A DNA stretch of 64,000 bases, taken from NCBI GenBank assembly GCA_049585195.1, contig JBAUZG010000199.1, positions 10,918 to 74,917 on the forward strand, given 5' to 3'. This document shows, piece by piece, positions 45,772-55,752 of this stretch. Position 1 is the stretch's first letter; each line of letters begins with the position of its first letter. Source of the stretch: Bryobacteraceae bacterium (GTDB lineage: Bacteria; Acidobacteriota; Terriglobia; Bryobacterales; Bryobacteraceae). The notes under the pieces were generated by a model that had not been told where the DNA came from, ran no database searches, and worked only from the letters and a program-made list of their open reading frames with translations. Made by a program: the position numbers and the translations under genes.

Positions 45772-47136
45772 ATGCTCAACTTGCAAGCAGCTCAATCGTC
45801 TGGACTTCCGACCAAGCTCCGCTTCGGCGCATTCGAAGTCGACCTCGAAGAAAGGGAGCTGCGTAAGAGCGGGCTGCGTATTCGGCTTCAGGAAAAGCCA
45901 TTCCAGATTCTCGAGCTGCTTCTGCGGGCTGACGGCCGCCTGGTGACCAGAAAAGAGCTGGCCGCCGTTCTGTGGCCGACTCTGCACGTCAGCTACGATC
46001 AGGGGCTGAACACCGCCGTAAATGCTCTACGGCAAGCCCTGGGCGACTCTTCCAAGTCCTGCCGCTACATCGAAACAAGATCCGGCCTGGGTTATCGTTT
46101 CGTGGCGCCAATCGAGAAGATCTTTAGTCCGATCCCAAATGCGGACGCAGCCGGTCCCAGGAACGGGCAGACCGCCAATGAGGCTCACCGCGATTACCTC
46201 AAAGGCCGGCACTTTTTGGAACGCATGACCGAGGCGGGCATTCGAAAAGGTATCGCTTACTTCGAATCGGCCGTCAGCCAGGAGCCGGGTCACTCCTTGG
46301 CGCTTTCGGGCCTCGCCGATGCATTCGGCGCGCTAGCGATCCTGAATGTTTTGCCACCGCGGGATGCCCGGCTCAAGGTGGAACCACTGGCCTCTGCAGC
46401 TGTAGAAAAGAATCCCGGCGCTGCCGAAACGCATGTTTCCGTCGCGCTGTTGCGGCGCACGTTCGATTGGGATTGGGAAGGTTCGATGTCCGCGCTGGCC
46501 CGCGCTTCGGAATTGAATGGGCGTTGCGCCTCAGTTCATCGCGAGCGGGCCCTTGAGTTATGTGCAGCCGGATCTTCGGAAGGGGCTTTACGCTCCGCCG
46601 CGAAAGCGCTCGAACTCGAGCCTCTGTCTCTTGCAAACAACACCGCTTATGCATGGGTGCTTTACCTTTCCGGCCGCTACGCTGAGGCGCAAGAACAATG
46701 CTGGAAGACACTGGCTCTCGATGCCGCGCTTCCGTCGGCTCAATATACGCTCGGTCTCGCCTACGAGCAGCTCGGGCTCATTGAGGAAGCGATTACCGAG
46801 TTAGAGAACGCTCGCGAGTGTTGGGACGATAACCCGGCCGCCATCGCGGGGCTTGCACATGTTTATGGCGTATCGGGAATGGAAGACGAGGCGCATCGGA
46901 TGATCGAAGAACTGAAAGCTTCCCTAAACAGCCGGTATGTCTCGCCGTACTGGTTTGCCGTTGCACATGCCGGCCTGGGCCATGTCCGCTTCGCCCTCGA
47001 AGCGCTCGAACAGTCGCTCGAAGAACGCGACGTTTGGCTGATTTGGATGAGGGCCGATCCTCGTCTCAAAACACTGCATGCCGAGCGGCGATTTGACCGC
47101 ATTGCCCGCGCCGTCGGCCTGGAAAAATCTAGCTGA
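45772..47136 (+). CDS. OmpR-type winged-helix + TPR transcriptional regulator
   Basis: RFGAFEVDL..RLQEKPFQIL..LNTAVNALRQALGD..YIET..GYRF, then TPRs. Confidence 0.9.
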   Translation: MLNLQAAQSSGLPTKLRFGAFEVDLEERELRKSGLRIRLQEKPFQILELLLRADGRLVTRKELAAVLWPTLHVSYDQGLNTAVNALRQALGDSSKSCRYIETRSGLGYRFVAPIEKIFSPIPNADAAGPRNGQTANEAHRDYLKGRHFLERMTEAGIRKGIAYFESAVSQEPGHSLALSGLADAFGALAILNVLPPRDARLKVEPLASAAVEKNPGAAETHVSVALLRRTFDWDWEGSMSALARASELNGRCASVHRERALELCAAGSSEGALRSAAKALELEPLSLANNTAYAWVLYLSGRYAEAQEQCWKTLALDAALPSAQYTLGLAYEQLGLIEEAITELENARECWDDNPAAIAGLAHVYGVSGMEDEAHRMIEELKASLNSRYVSPYWFAVAHAGLGHVRFALEALEQSLEERDVWLIWMRADPRLKTLHAERRFDRIARAVGLEKSS

Positions 47137-47147
47137 AAGCTCCGAAC

Positions 47148-48179
47148 TTACGGCGCCAGCACTACTTTCATCAGGTTGGGCTCCCTCCGGTATAGCCTGT
47201 CGAACCACTTCGGTCCTTCTTCTAGCGGCGCAACCGCGCTGATGAGCGGCTCGACGCGAATGGCTCCTCGAGCCAGGAAGTCTATGCACGCTGGGTACTC
47301 GCCAGATGAAGCACACGAGCCTTGTAAGCGGATCTGGCGCGTAACGACCGATTGCAGCGGAAGCTCAATCTTGGGCGTGATATTACCGATGAGCGTGACC
47401 GTCCCGCCTTTCCGTACGCTCTCGACTGAGCTCACTATGGTTGCTGTTGCGCCTACGCACTCAAACGCGAGATCGGCGCCTAGTCTGTTTGTCAGCTCGC
47501 GAATGCGCCCGGGAACGTCGGCATTGGTCGCGACGATCGTATCGGTTGCGCCTAACTTTTTTGCGGCGCTCAGCCGCGATTCATCGACATCGACCGCGAT
47601 GATGCGCCCGCAGCCAGCGAGCCGCGCTGCCTGCAGCGTCAACAGCCCGATCATGCCCACGCCCATTACCAACGCTGTGTCGTTCAACGATACAGGCGTC
47701 AAGGAAACGGCGTGCACCGCTACCGAGATCGCTTCAATCATCGCCGCATGTTGAAACGGAAGCGCATCCGGCAACTTGTAGCAGATGCGCCGGGGCACCG
47801 CAACGTACTCCGCGAAAGCACCCATTCTGCGGTAATCGCCGCACGAGACGCCCAGCACTTCGCGGTTGTCGCACAGGTTCATGAGTCCGCGCCGGCAAAA
47901 ATGGCAATGGCCGCAGGAGATGGTGGAATCGAACGTGATGCGATCCCCGGCTTTCAAGTCGTTTACGCCGCTGCCGGTTTCGACAACCGTACCCGCAGCC
48001 TCATGGCCCATAACAATAGGCGGTATCCGTCGTCCCGATCCGCCGTCGAATCCGTGCACGTCGCTGCCGCAAATGCCGCATGCGTTCACGCGTATCAGCA
48101 CTTCGTCCGGCCCTGCCTTCGGCTCCGGCATATCCGTCATTTCGAGATGCTTGTATTCGGAAAGAAGCAGCGCTTTCAT
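47148..48179 (-). CDS. Zinc-dependent alcohol (polyol) dehydrogenase
   Basis: Start MKALLL; CGICGSD, GHE, CGHCHFCRRGLMNLC, GVGMIG. Confidence 0.93.
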   Translation of the reverse strand: MKALLLSEYKHLEMTDMPEPKAGPDEVLIRVNACGICGSDVHGFDGGSGRRIPPIVMGHEAAGTVVETGSGVNDLKAGDRITFDSTISCGHCHFCRRGLMNLCDNREVLGVSCGDYRRMGAFAEYVAVPRRICYKLPDALPFQHAAMIEAISVAVHAVSLTPVSLNDTALVMGVGMIGLLTLQAARLAGCGRIIAVDVDESRLSAAKKLGATDTIVATNADVPGRIRELTNRLGADLAFECVGATATIVSSVESVRKGGTVTLIGNITPKIELPLQSVVTRQIRLQGSCASSGEYPACIDFLARGAIRVEPLISAVAPLEEGPKWFDRLYRREPNLMKVVLAP

Positions 48180-48213
48180 CGTGCTTCCATGATACGTTCC
48201 AGGGCGAGGTGGC

Positions 48214-50379
48214 TTAGGGATCGAGCGTAAAGGTGACAGACTCATCCGCAATCTCGTTGCCCTGCCTGGCGATGAAGCGGACCTGATAATTTCCAGGCGC
48301 GAGTTGTCCGAGCGGTGCGGTTGCCATATATTGGATTCTGCCTTGCGCGTCCGGATTCCCCAAAGGCGGCGAACCGCTGCCAAGCAGTTGGCCGTCTTTG
48401 CTGAATTCCATCTGGAGCGTCGGCTTACCGGGGTTGGTCTTGCTGGGGTAAATGACCACATAGAACGGTAGGGCTTTAGCGTCCGCTTTTTTGACAATTG
48501 GATTGATCATCGGCGAGACTACCTGATTCGAGACGAGCAGCGGATCGTCGTCCGTGGTTGAGCCTTTCAGTTTCAGATCGCGAATCACTGCTACGCTGCT
48601 GATTCCGAGAGAGGAATTTACAGCCGGCATAAAGAATACGGATTTCCTTGCACTGATGCGATTCCCATCGCTATCGAGGACCGCCGACTCGAGCGTGTAG
48701 CGTCCTGGCGGCAGATCGAAAGACCGGGTGTCGATGAAATGACTCGAAGCCTTGATCGCATCGACTTTGCCCGGATCCATTTTTAAAGGGATCTCGTTGC
48801 GGATTTTCTTGACTACCTGGCCCCGGCTATCCTTAACCAGCGCTACGTAGGCAAATTGACCTTCGAATTGTTTCGTGGCCTTGTCCTGCTGCAAGGTCAG
48901 ATTTCCAATCGGGATGTCCACCACCAGGACGCACACCGAGGAACCGTGAGTTCCTTCGAAATGCATCGCCGAGGTCTCAAAGCCAAACGTATGCGGAAGC
49001 GGCATGGTAACGAGAGCTTTCAAAAGGGGCACTTCATAGGTGCTCAGAACTGCTTGTGCAGTCATAGAGGGCGGCAGCGCAAAATAGCCGGCGCGGGACT
49101 GCAGGCGCAGGTCGCTCCTGTCGGTACGTACGCTCACTTTCCGAAACGATCCGTCGTATTTTTGAATCTGCGGATCGTAGGTAATCTCGTAGTAGCTCTC
49201 GAGGTCTTCCGTAAGCCTCTTCAATTTGCCGCTAAAGTCGTTCGTGTTCGCAATGAGAAACCCACCGGTCGAATCGGCTAGTTGTGCCAGTGTATTTTGC
49301 GTATTTGCCCGCCCCGACTCGATCGCCATGTCTGCCGATTGCGCGTTTGCTCTGCTGACGTTGCCCCGCTTCATGTTCTGCTCAGAAGCGCTCATAGCGT
49401 CCGTCAGTTGGCTGTCGGATTTGCCATTCTGGGTGGAAATGTCGAGGCCGCGCGCATCGAGTGCATAAAAGCTCACGTTCGATCGGTTTGCAATGCTGAT
49501 TACCGACTTGAATGGCTCTTCCATTCCTTGCGGAATCTGGAAACCCGGCGAAAAGTAGAGGATCGTCTTGCGGCCGGGAAGCGTGTACTGTTCTTTCACT
49601 ACCTGAAGCAACGCGACAATTTTCGCTCTTCCCTGGTCTGTCGCCTCGTCCTGCTGTTTGCTCTGGAGCATGTTCAGCATCATTTGCGCCATGGCGATGT
49701 TTGCGGCTCCTGGCCCGTTGGCGGCGCCCGCCGGCCCGCTTTGCCCGCTGCCGCCAGGGGACATGGAAGCAACCTGATCTCCCAGGCCTTGGCCTGCTTG
49801 ATTCGGCCCTAGTAGTTGCTGCAATTGCTCTTCGATGCGGGCTGTGTCGGATGCGAAAGTAGTAACGCCCGCGGTAGCGTGCTCGATTGCTTTTTTCAGC
49901 AAGTCGCGATCGTTCGTGAACGGCTGAATCGCCTCGAGCTTAAAATCAATCGCCATTACAGAGATGAAAACGTTAGGCTGCAGCGCATCCTTCAGCAGGC
50001 TCAGTCCCGCGTCGCGCGAAAGTTTTCGGCCGTTCGGGTCCAGTCCGTCGAAAATCAACGTGAGGAGCCGGATCTGCCGCATTGGATCGAGCTGCGTTGT
50101 AGCGCCGGACGCATTGACGGCTTCGGTGCCCTCGATAAACCGGAACGATCGAATGGGACGCTTCTCGCCATTGTCGATTACTGCGAAGTCGTCCTGTTTC
50201 AGATCTTTCACGGGCCGGTTCTTCTTGTCGCGAACCACTACGTCCATGACCACTTCTTCGCCGCCTGCTCGGAAGGTCGGCTGCTGTCCGTCGGACGCTT
50301 GCCCGGACGGCCGCGTTTGCGCCGGAATACCTGTTGCGAACGTCGCGAAACAAAACCACGTTCTCAGGAATCTCTTCAT
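48214..50379 (-). CDS. VWA-domain protein (acidobacterial VWFA-related)
   Basis: VVMDVVVRDKKNRPVKDL, PGRKTILYFSPG, YALDARGL, LADSTGG, RAGYFA. Confidence 0.9.
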   Translation of the reverse strand: MKRFLRTWFCFATFATGIPAQTRPSGQASDGQQPTFRAGGEEVVMDVVVRDKKNRPVKDLKQDDFAVIDNGEKRPIRSFRFIEGTEAVNASGATTQLDPMRQIRLLTLIFDGLDPNGRKLSRDAGLSLLKDALQPNVFISVMAIDFKLEAIQPFTNDRDLLKKAIEHATAGVTTFASDTARIEEQLQQLLGPNQAGQGLGDQVASMSPGGSGQSGPAGAANGPGAANIAMAQMMLNMLQSKQQDEATDQGRAKIVALLQVVKEQYTLPGRKTILYFSPGFQIPQGMEEPFKSVISIANRSNVSFYALDARGLDISTQNGKSDSQLTDAMSASEQNMKRGNVSRANAQSADMAIESGRANTQNTLAQLADSTGGFLIANTNDFSGKLKRLTEDLESYYEITYDPQIQKYDGSFRKVSVRTDRSDLRLQSRAGYFALPPSMTAQAVLSTYEVPLLKALVTMPLPHTFGFETSAMHFEGTHGSSVCVLVVDIPIGNLTLQQDKATKQFEGQFAYVALVKDSRGQVVKKIRNEIPLKMDPGKVDAIKASSHFIDTRSFDLPPGRYTLESAVLDSDGNRISARKSVFFMPAVNSSLGISSVAVIRDLKLKGSTTDDDPLLVSNQVVSPMINPIVKKADAKALPFYVVIYPSKTNPGKPTLQMEFSKDGQLLGSGSPPLGNPDAQGRIQYMATAPLGQLAPGNYQVRFIARQGNEIADESVTFTLDP

Positions 50380-50401
50380 ACTTCCGCAAACCTCCGCTCC
50401 G

Positions 50402-51478
50402 TTAATCCGGGTATGCGCCGTTTACACTGGCAATCCGGATGTCGTGATCCGTAAACTTGTGATGCCCGCCCGGCAGCTCGATCTTAATCATATGGCAGGA
50501 TACGCAAGCCTTGGTAGCCACTTTGCAGGCCTTGGCTTCGGGCTTTCCGCCGCCATGACAAGCCTGGCACTTTGCATCATAGTCCAAGTCGTTGTGGTCT
50601 ACTTCCCGGTGAGGGTCGTGGCAGGCGAGACAGCTGATCCGCTTGTCGTCGGCATCGTAACACTTGCTGTTGGTCAGCCGGTAAGGCTGAAAGCGCACGT
50701 TCGCCGTACCGTGCGGCCCATTCATCGCAATTTCTTGCCACGTGCGGTGGCATTGGCCGCAGAAATTTGAGATCTCCTCTGTGTTCAGCGAGGAAAGCTT
50801 CTTCATCGCGAACATCGCCGAGTCGCCCGTCTTAAGGCCTTTCAAGTGGTTCTCTGTGGGCCCGTGGCAGCGCTCGCACTGCACGCCGGGAATCATGGTC
50901 TCGAGGGTCACTTGCCCGTTCGAAGCGCCATTCGTCGAGTGGCAGCCGAAACACAGCGCCGCTTCGCGCGGCCCCATGTAACGCCCCGCGGCTTCCAATA
51001 TGTTGGTTGGATGGAGCTTCTGCGCGCCCATCGTCATGTCGAGTGAATCGGGCACACGGTAGTAACTGACGCGGCTTTCATACATCACTCCATCCTTCTC
51101 GAAGACGTAGGTCTGCCCAGCTGACCCGAGGCCGAACGCCCATCCGAGAGCCATGCTAAACGTCTGAACTCCGTCGGTGACCGTATACATGCTTCGGTCC
51201 CCGCGCCGCTCGATCCGGTACGAGTACGGCCCCAGCTGCGCGGTTAGAACAGGATGTTTTCGCAGGATGTCGCACTCGGCGATGGTTTCCATCGCGTGCG
51301 CCATCGACGTTGAGGGCTGCGTCCCCGCCTGAGCCGGATGGCAGGTCGCGCAGTTCCTTACGCCGCGAAACCGGTCTCTTACGCTTCCCTCTCCTTTTGA
51401 CGGTTGATCTTGCGCCAGGGCGTGATGCGTCAGCACGGCGAAAAAGCCGCAGACACACATCGCTGCCCTCGAGTTCAT
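50402..51478 (-). CDS. Periplasmic multiheme c-type cytochrome (7 CxxCH)
   Basis: CATCH, CFGCH, CERCH, CGQCH, CLACH, CQACH, CVSCH; signal peptide. Confidence 0.92.
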   Translation of the reverse strand: MNSRAAMCVCGFFAVLTHHALAQDQPSKGEGSVRDRFRGVRNCATCHPAQAGTQPSTSMAHAMETIAECDILRKHPVLTAQLGPYSYRIERRGDRSMYTVTDGVQTFSMALGWAFGLGSAGQTYVFEKDGVMYESRVSYYRVPDSLDMTMGAQKLHPTNILEAAGRYMGPREAALCFGCHSTNGASNGQVTLETMIPGVQCERCHGPTENHLKGLKTGDSAMFAMKKLSSLNTEEISNFCGQCHRTWQEIAMNGPHGTANVRFQPYRLTNSKCYDADDKRISCLACHDPHREVDHNDLDYDAKCQACHGGGKPEAKACKVATKACVSCHMIKIELPGGHHKFTDHDIRIASVNGAYPD

Positions 51479-52680
51479 TTTTGTTGTGGGCCGCTGCCGC
51501 GCAATTCAGCATTGGCACTGTCGTCATACGTCTTCCGCAGCTTCAGGAATTCCTGCCGCTCCCGCGCGGCATCGTCCTTCCGTCCTGCCTTGGTATAGGC
51601 GGTCGCCAGAAAAATGCGCACCTGAGGGCTGCCAGGCTCTAATCGCTCGGCCGTTTCCAGCTCTTTAATTCCCTGCTGAAGATTGATGTTGCCTTCCATC
51701 AGAATACGGCCCAAAACCGCGTGCGCTGCGAAGGAGTCGCGGGAAGCCTGCACGGCTTTTTCGGCATATGGCAATCCGGTCTGATAATCCTGCCGGTGAG
51801 CGTATTCTCCCGCGATTGTGACCAGCGCCGGAACGTGGTTAGGCGTCACTTCCAGTTCCTTCTTCAACTGTTCGAGGCCTTGATCGGCATCGCTATAAAG
51901 CAGAAACGCGCCGTATAGATAATGGATGTTCGATTCGCGCGGATACTTTTCGATCAGCCTTTTGAATCCCTCAGAAGCTTCGGTCATGCGCAGCGCCGTG
52001 GCATCGAACATCACGCGGCCAATGTCCATTACAAGCTCACGATCGGTGGGGGGAACTTCGGCGGGGAGCAGCGGCTTGCGAAGCGCGGCGATCCCCATCG
52101 CTTCTACGTAATCCGGGTGGTCCTTGCCATGCTGCGAGAATTCCGTCAACAGCTTCATGGCTTGTTCATAACGCTCGTACCTGGTGAGCAGCAGCGCCAA
52201 GTGATAGGTGGTTACGTCGGAAATCTGTTCGCTCTGCCCGAGGCCAAGATCGTTGCCGCGTTGTAAATGCCGCACTGCTTCGGGATACTGCTTTGTCTCG
52301 AATTCACAGAGCCCGAGCATCGCCCATGCGACGGCGACCTTCGGATTGGTGACCGTCAGGTGGCGAAACGCGTCCCGGCCCTCCTCATATCGGTCGAGCT
52401 GGTAATTCAGCATCCCTAAGTTCCACCAGCCCTCTTCCCAGGAAGGTTTGACGCGCAGGGCCTTCGTATACAGCTGGATCGCGTCGTCCACGCGGTTCGC
52501 GTCCTTCGCCGCCTCGGCGTCGTTGGCAAGTTTGTTGAACACAGAGCTTGTCGACGGCGGCCCGGCGGCCGGTTTCGGAGCATTCTGCGCATATGCGCCC
52601 GCTATGAACCAGGCCAAAACGGTGGCGCAGACGATCGCTTTTCGTCGTCTGCGTCTGTCTCTGAATTTGGCGTATCTCAC
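51475..52680 (-). CDS. Secreted TPR protein
   Basis: Signal peptide; repeated TPR units (ALRVKPSWEEGWWNLG). Confidence 0.88.
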   Translation of the reverse strand: MRYAKFRDRRRRRKAIVCATVLAWFIAGAYAQNAPKPAAGPPSTSSVFNKLANDAEAAKDANRVDDAIQLYTKALRVKPSWEEGWWNLGMLNYQLDRYEEGRDAFRHLTVTNPKVAVAWAMLGLCEFETKQYPEAVRHLQRGNDLGLGQSEQISDVTTYHLALLLTRYERYEQAMKLLTEFSQHGKDHPDYVEAMGIAALRKPLLPAEVPPTDRELVMDIGRVMFDATALRMTEASEGFKRLIEKYPRESNIHYLYGAFLLYSDADQGLEQLKKELEVTPNHVPALVTIAGEYAHRQDYQTGLPYAEKAVQASRDSFAAHAVLGRILMEGNINLQQGIKELETAERLEPGSPQVRIFLATAYTKAGRKDDAARERQEFLKLRKTYDDSANAELRGSGPQQK

Positions 52681-53789
52681 TGCCTTTCCCTCACTCCGGG
52701 CTGTTGCGCCTGGCGCTCGGCGTTCAGTTGGCGTATGATGGCTCGCTCCCGGTCCCCTTCGGCTTTCAGCTTGTCGCGGTAATAGATGGTGGCCAGCATC
52801 ACGTGAGCTTCGGTAAAGCTGGGCGCGGCCTTGACTATGGACTCGAGCTCGCTCCTCGCCTGTTCTTGCTTTCCTTGCGCAAGCTGAACGGAGGCGATCT
52901 CAAATCTAGTGGAAAGATCGCCCGGCCTGAGCTCGAGAGCGTGCTGAAGATAATTGAGCGCGTGCTCATAGTCCTGATCGACCCGCGACAAAATTCCCAG
53001 TCTCAGGTTGGCATCGAAGTTGTTGGGATTGTGCTCCAGCTCCTTCTCGAACGCCTGCTTGCTGCCTGCCTGGTCGCCAGTGTAGAGCAAAGCGAGCCCG
53101 TAGTAGGAATAGACGTCCGGCAGGTTCGGATTCATCTCGATCGCCTTCTTAATGTCGGCAATTGCCCCATGATAATCGTGGCCGGTGAATTTCGCTGTGC
53201 CCATTAGCAGGCGTGCTTCGGCGGAATCGCCCCGGCTCATGATCCGGCTGATCGCTTCCTGCGCGCGCGCCGTCTGACCTTCCCGCGCAAGAGCAGTCCC
53301 TAGAAGATAAGCTACTCCCAAATCGCCGGGATTCGCCTGATACCGCGGCGTCAGCAAGTCGATGACTTTTTTGTTGTCTCCCCGCCGCAGGTCGCAATCA
53401 GCCAGTAACAGCATGGCTTGCACATTTGCCGGATCCGCGGCTCGCACCTTCTCCAACTCCTCGACGGCCTGCGGAAAGTTGGCGGTTTTGTAGTAGGCGA
53501 GAGCCAGGTTCAACCGAACCTCTGGATCGGGTTTCTTGTCCAACGCCCGCTTGTATTGCACAATCGCGTCGGCGTACCGCCCCGTGCCCGCCAAGGCTGC
53601 CGCCAAATTCGAACGGACTTCCGGCACATCGGGGTACATATCGAGAAACAACTCGTAATCTTCGATCGCCTGATCGAACTTGCCCTGCTGATGCAAGGCA
53701 ATCGCTTGTTTCAACAGTTCTTGAGGCGATGGCTTGGATTGGCCGTATAGCAGACCGCCGCAAATTACGGCCACCGCAACGCGGTACAT
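52677..53789 (-). CDS. Secreted TPR protein
   Basis: Signal peptide; repeated TPR units (AIEMNPNLPDVYSYYGLAL). Confidence 0.88.
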   Translation of the reverse strand: MYRVAVAVICGGLLYGQSKPSPQELLKQAIALHQQGKFDQAIEDYELFLDMYPDVPEVRSNLAAALAGTGRYADAIVQYKRALDKKPDPEVRLNLALAYYKTANFPQAVEELEKVRAADPANVQAMLLLADCDLRRGDNKKVIDLLTPRYQANPGDLGVAYLLGTALAREGQTARAQEAISRIMSRGDSAEARLLMGTAKFTGHDYHGAIADIKKAIEMNPNLPDVYSYYGLALLYTGDQAGSKQAFEKELEHNPNNFDANLRLGILSRVDQDYEHALNYLQHALELRPGDLSTRFEIASVQLAQGKQEQARSELESIVKAAPSFTEAHVMLATIYYRDKLKAEGDRERAIIRQLNAERQAQQPGVRERQ

Positions 53790-53840
53790 GACAATTTCAG
53801 CGCTTTATAGTACCACGCGAAAAGCTTCTGCCAGCCGTGT

Positions 53841-55505
53841 TTATTGGCCCTCGTCCTCAATCTCGATCCCAAAAACTGAGGCGTAGTTGACGACCGGCTC
53901 GAACGACAGGAGAAGCTTCCCTTGCGCATTCGGCCGCAGCCCGTGGAAGGTCTTTGTCAGGGCGCGCATGCCGCCAACCTCTTTGTAGATGTCCAGATTT
54001 TTGAGCAGCCGGACGCCGTTCGAATCCACGTTGAATACACGGCGACCCGTACCTGAGCCAGGAGCCGCCAGCGGCCCTCCCCAATAGGTCTCAGCGAAAT
54101 GGAGGGTCACTGTATAGGAATCCCTGCTATCGGCGGGTATGGCGTAACTGAAGTTTCCGTAGCGCTCGCTCAAGTAGAGGTCGGGATCGGGGGTTCCCGT
54201 CACAGGTTCCTTGTGAATTGTCTGCTGGCCGCCGCTGTAATAGTTGTCGGGGCTCCAAAGCTTTCCTTCGTGGTCGGTAAAAGGCGTTCGCTCGGTTACC
54301 AGCCGAATGGGAACTTGCCGGTGCTCAATCCCGGGGAGGATCTCGATGGCGCTGACGATGGGCTGCCCGCGCTGGCTAAAGAATGCCAGGTGCAGCTGGC
54401 CATCCGCCGCCGGTCGAGTATCCCGAAAGACACGCTCATCCGCAATGTTCGGACCCGTCGCGTCCGCAATAATGTCGAAGTTATCGAGAAAAGTCTGCCC
54501 GTTCAATTGAATGAGGAATGTCCGCGTGTTTTCTCCGCCTCCCGTAATCATTCCCGGCCCATACATCGTTTCAACGAAAAACAGGTGGAGCTCATAAACG
54601 CCGGGCTTGAGCGGGATATTGTAGGAAAACTCGCCGTCCCGCACGTTCTCGAACAACATCGGGTCGTTCGTCCGCCATAAGAATTCGTGCGGATTGGTTC
54701 CAGGCCGCCCGCCGGAGAAATATTCGTCCGGCTGCCAAATGTTGCCCATCGGATCGGTGTGACTGTGTTGCGTGCCCCCCGCGAGAAACCGCACCGAACT
54801 CACTGGCGCGGGCGCAGTTGCTCCAGCCGCGGTTCTCAGCGCAACCCCATTCGACCGCGCCACGTTCGCCGGAGAGGAGGCCGCTCGATGCACCGTCAAT
54901 GCCAAAATTAACGCAGCGAGAGCGCCAAGAAGGCCCGCTGCAATCGCAAACCAAGCCCACCATCGCACTTTTTGCGCCGGGCCTTTGGGCTCGACTATGG
55001 GAGGAGGCGGCATGGCGGTTGCCATCGACAAGCCGGGATCGCTCCGTGGTTCGTCCGCCGTCTCCAAGATCAAGCCAGTCGCTTGGATGGGACCGGAGCT
55101 TGCCCCTTCGACTACGTCGTGTTCGGCTTTGGCCGGCATAACCTGCGAAGCCAGCCGACTGGAATACGTGAACACGGGGACATATGTTCCCGGGGAGAGC
55201 ACGATCTTCACCGGGTGATTAGCCCCTTCCGCGGCATAGTATTCCTTTAGCTTCCGGCGAAGTCGATACGCCTCGACGCGCGCAATCGCGTCCTGGCTGG
55301 GATCGAATTCGGCCGGCCGGCCGAGCACCTCCGTCGCGATGTTGTATTCCTTGATCTGATCCGCCTCTCCTTCGAAGTACTTGTTGCACAAATAGACGAG
55401 CAGCTTCGCAAGGCGCGGCGACCGCGCGAACCTCTCCCCCGACACAACCGATTCCAACTCGGATCGCTCGCGCTCCACCAGCGGCGGCGCCAAATGAGCC
55501 CCCAT
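53841..55505 (-). CDS. Membrane-anchored sensor/regulator: wHTH-like N-domain, TM helix, two malectin domains
   Basis: FARSPRL..IKEYNIATEVLGR..FDP..RVEAYRLRRKL; TM WWAWFAIAAG; two units WxPDxY..FSYxIP..LHF/LFFxET..RxF. Confidence 0.85.
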   Translation of the reverse strand: MGAHLAPPLVERERSELESVVSGERFARSPRLAKLLVYLCNKYFEGEADQIKEYNIATEVLGRPAEFDPSQDAIARVEAYRLRRKLKEYYAAEGANHPVKIVLSPGTYVPVFTYSSRLASQVMPAKAEHDVVEGASSGPIQATGLILETADEPRSDPGLSMATAMPPPPIVEPKGPAQKVRWWAWFAIAAGLLGALAALILALTVHRAASSPANVARSNGVALRTAAGATAPAPVSSVRFLAGGTQHSHTDPMGNIWQPDEYFSGGRPGTNPHEFLWRTNDPMLFENVRDGEFSYNIPLKPGVYELHLFFVETMYGPGMITGGGENTRTFLIQLNGQTFLDNFDIIADATGPNIADERVFRDTRPAADGQLHLAFFSQRGQPIVSAIEILPGIEHRQVPIRLVTERTPFTDHEGKLWSPDNYYSGGQQTIHKEPVTGTPDPDLYLSERYGNFSYAIPADSRDSYTVTLHFAETYWGGPLAAPGSGTGRRVFNVDSNGVRLLKNLDIYKEVGGMRALTKTFHGLRPNAQGKLLLSFEPVVNYASVFGIEIEDEGQ

Positions 55506-55752
55506 AGAAGTAACTTATGTTTCATATCACATTTGCGCATCGATGTGCGCAAATGGGACGGCGCGGAAACATGCAACGGTTACAGCCCGGCGATCGAGAG
55601 TACTAGTTGTAGCTAGCTAAAAACAAACGACATTTCTGGGTGTTAACGCGAAGACGAATGGCCGTCGCGTAACAGACGTAACCTGACGAATCCCTACAAG
55701 TCCGCCTATACTACTCGAAAAACACTACCCGCTAAGGGGGACACAGGCTTCT

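Noticed and set aside
48180..48497. N-terminal 106-aa extension of the Zn-ADH ORF
   Set aside because: It overlaps the VWA gene; the family-typical start is MKALLL at 48179.
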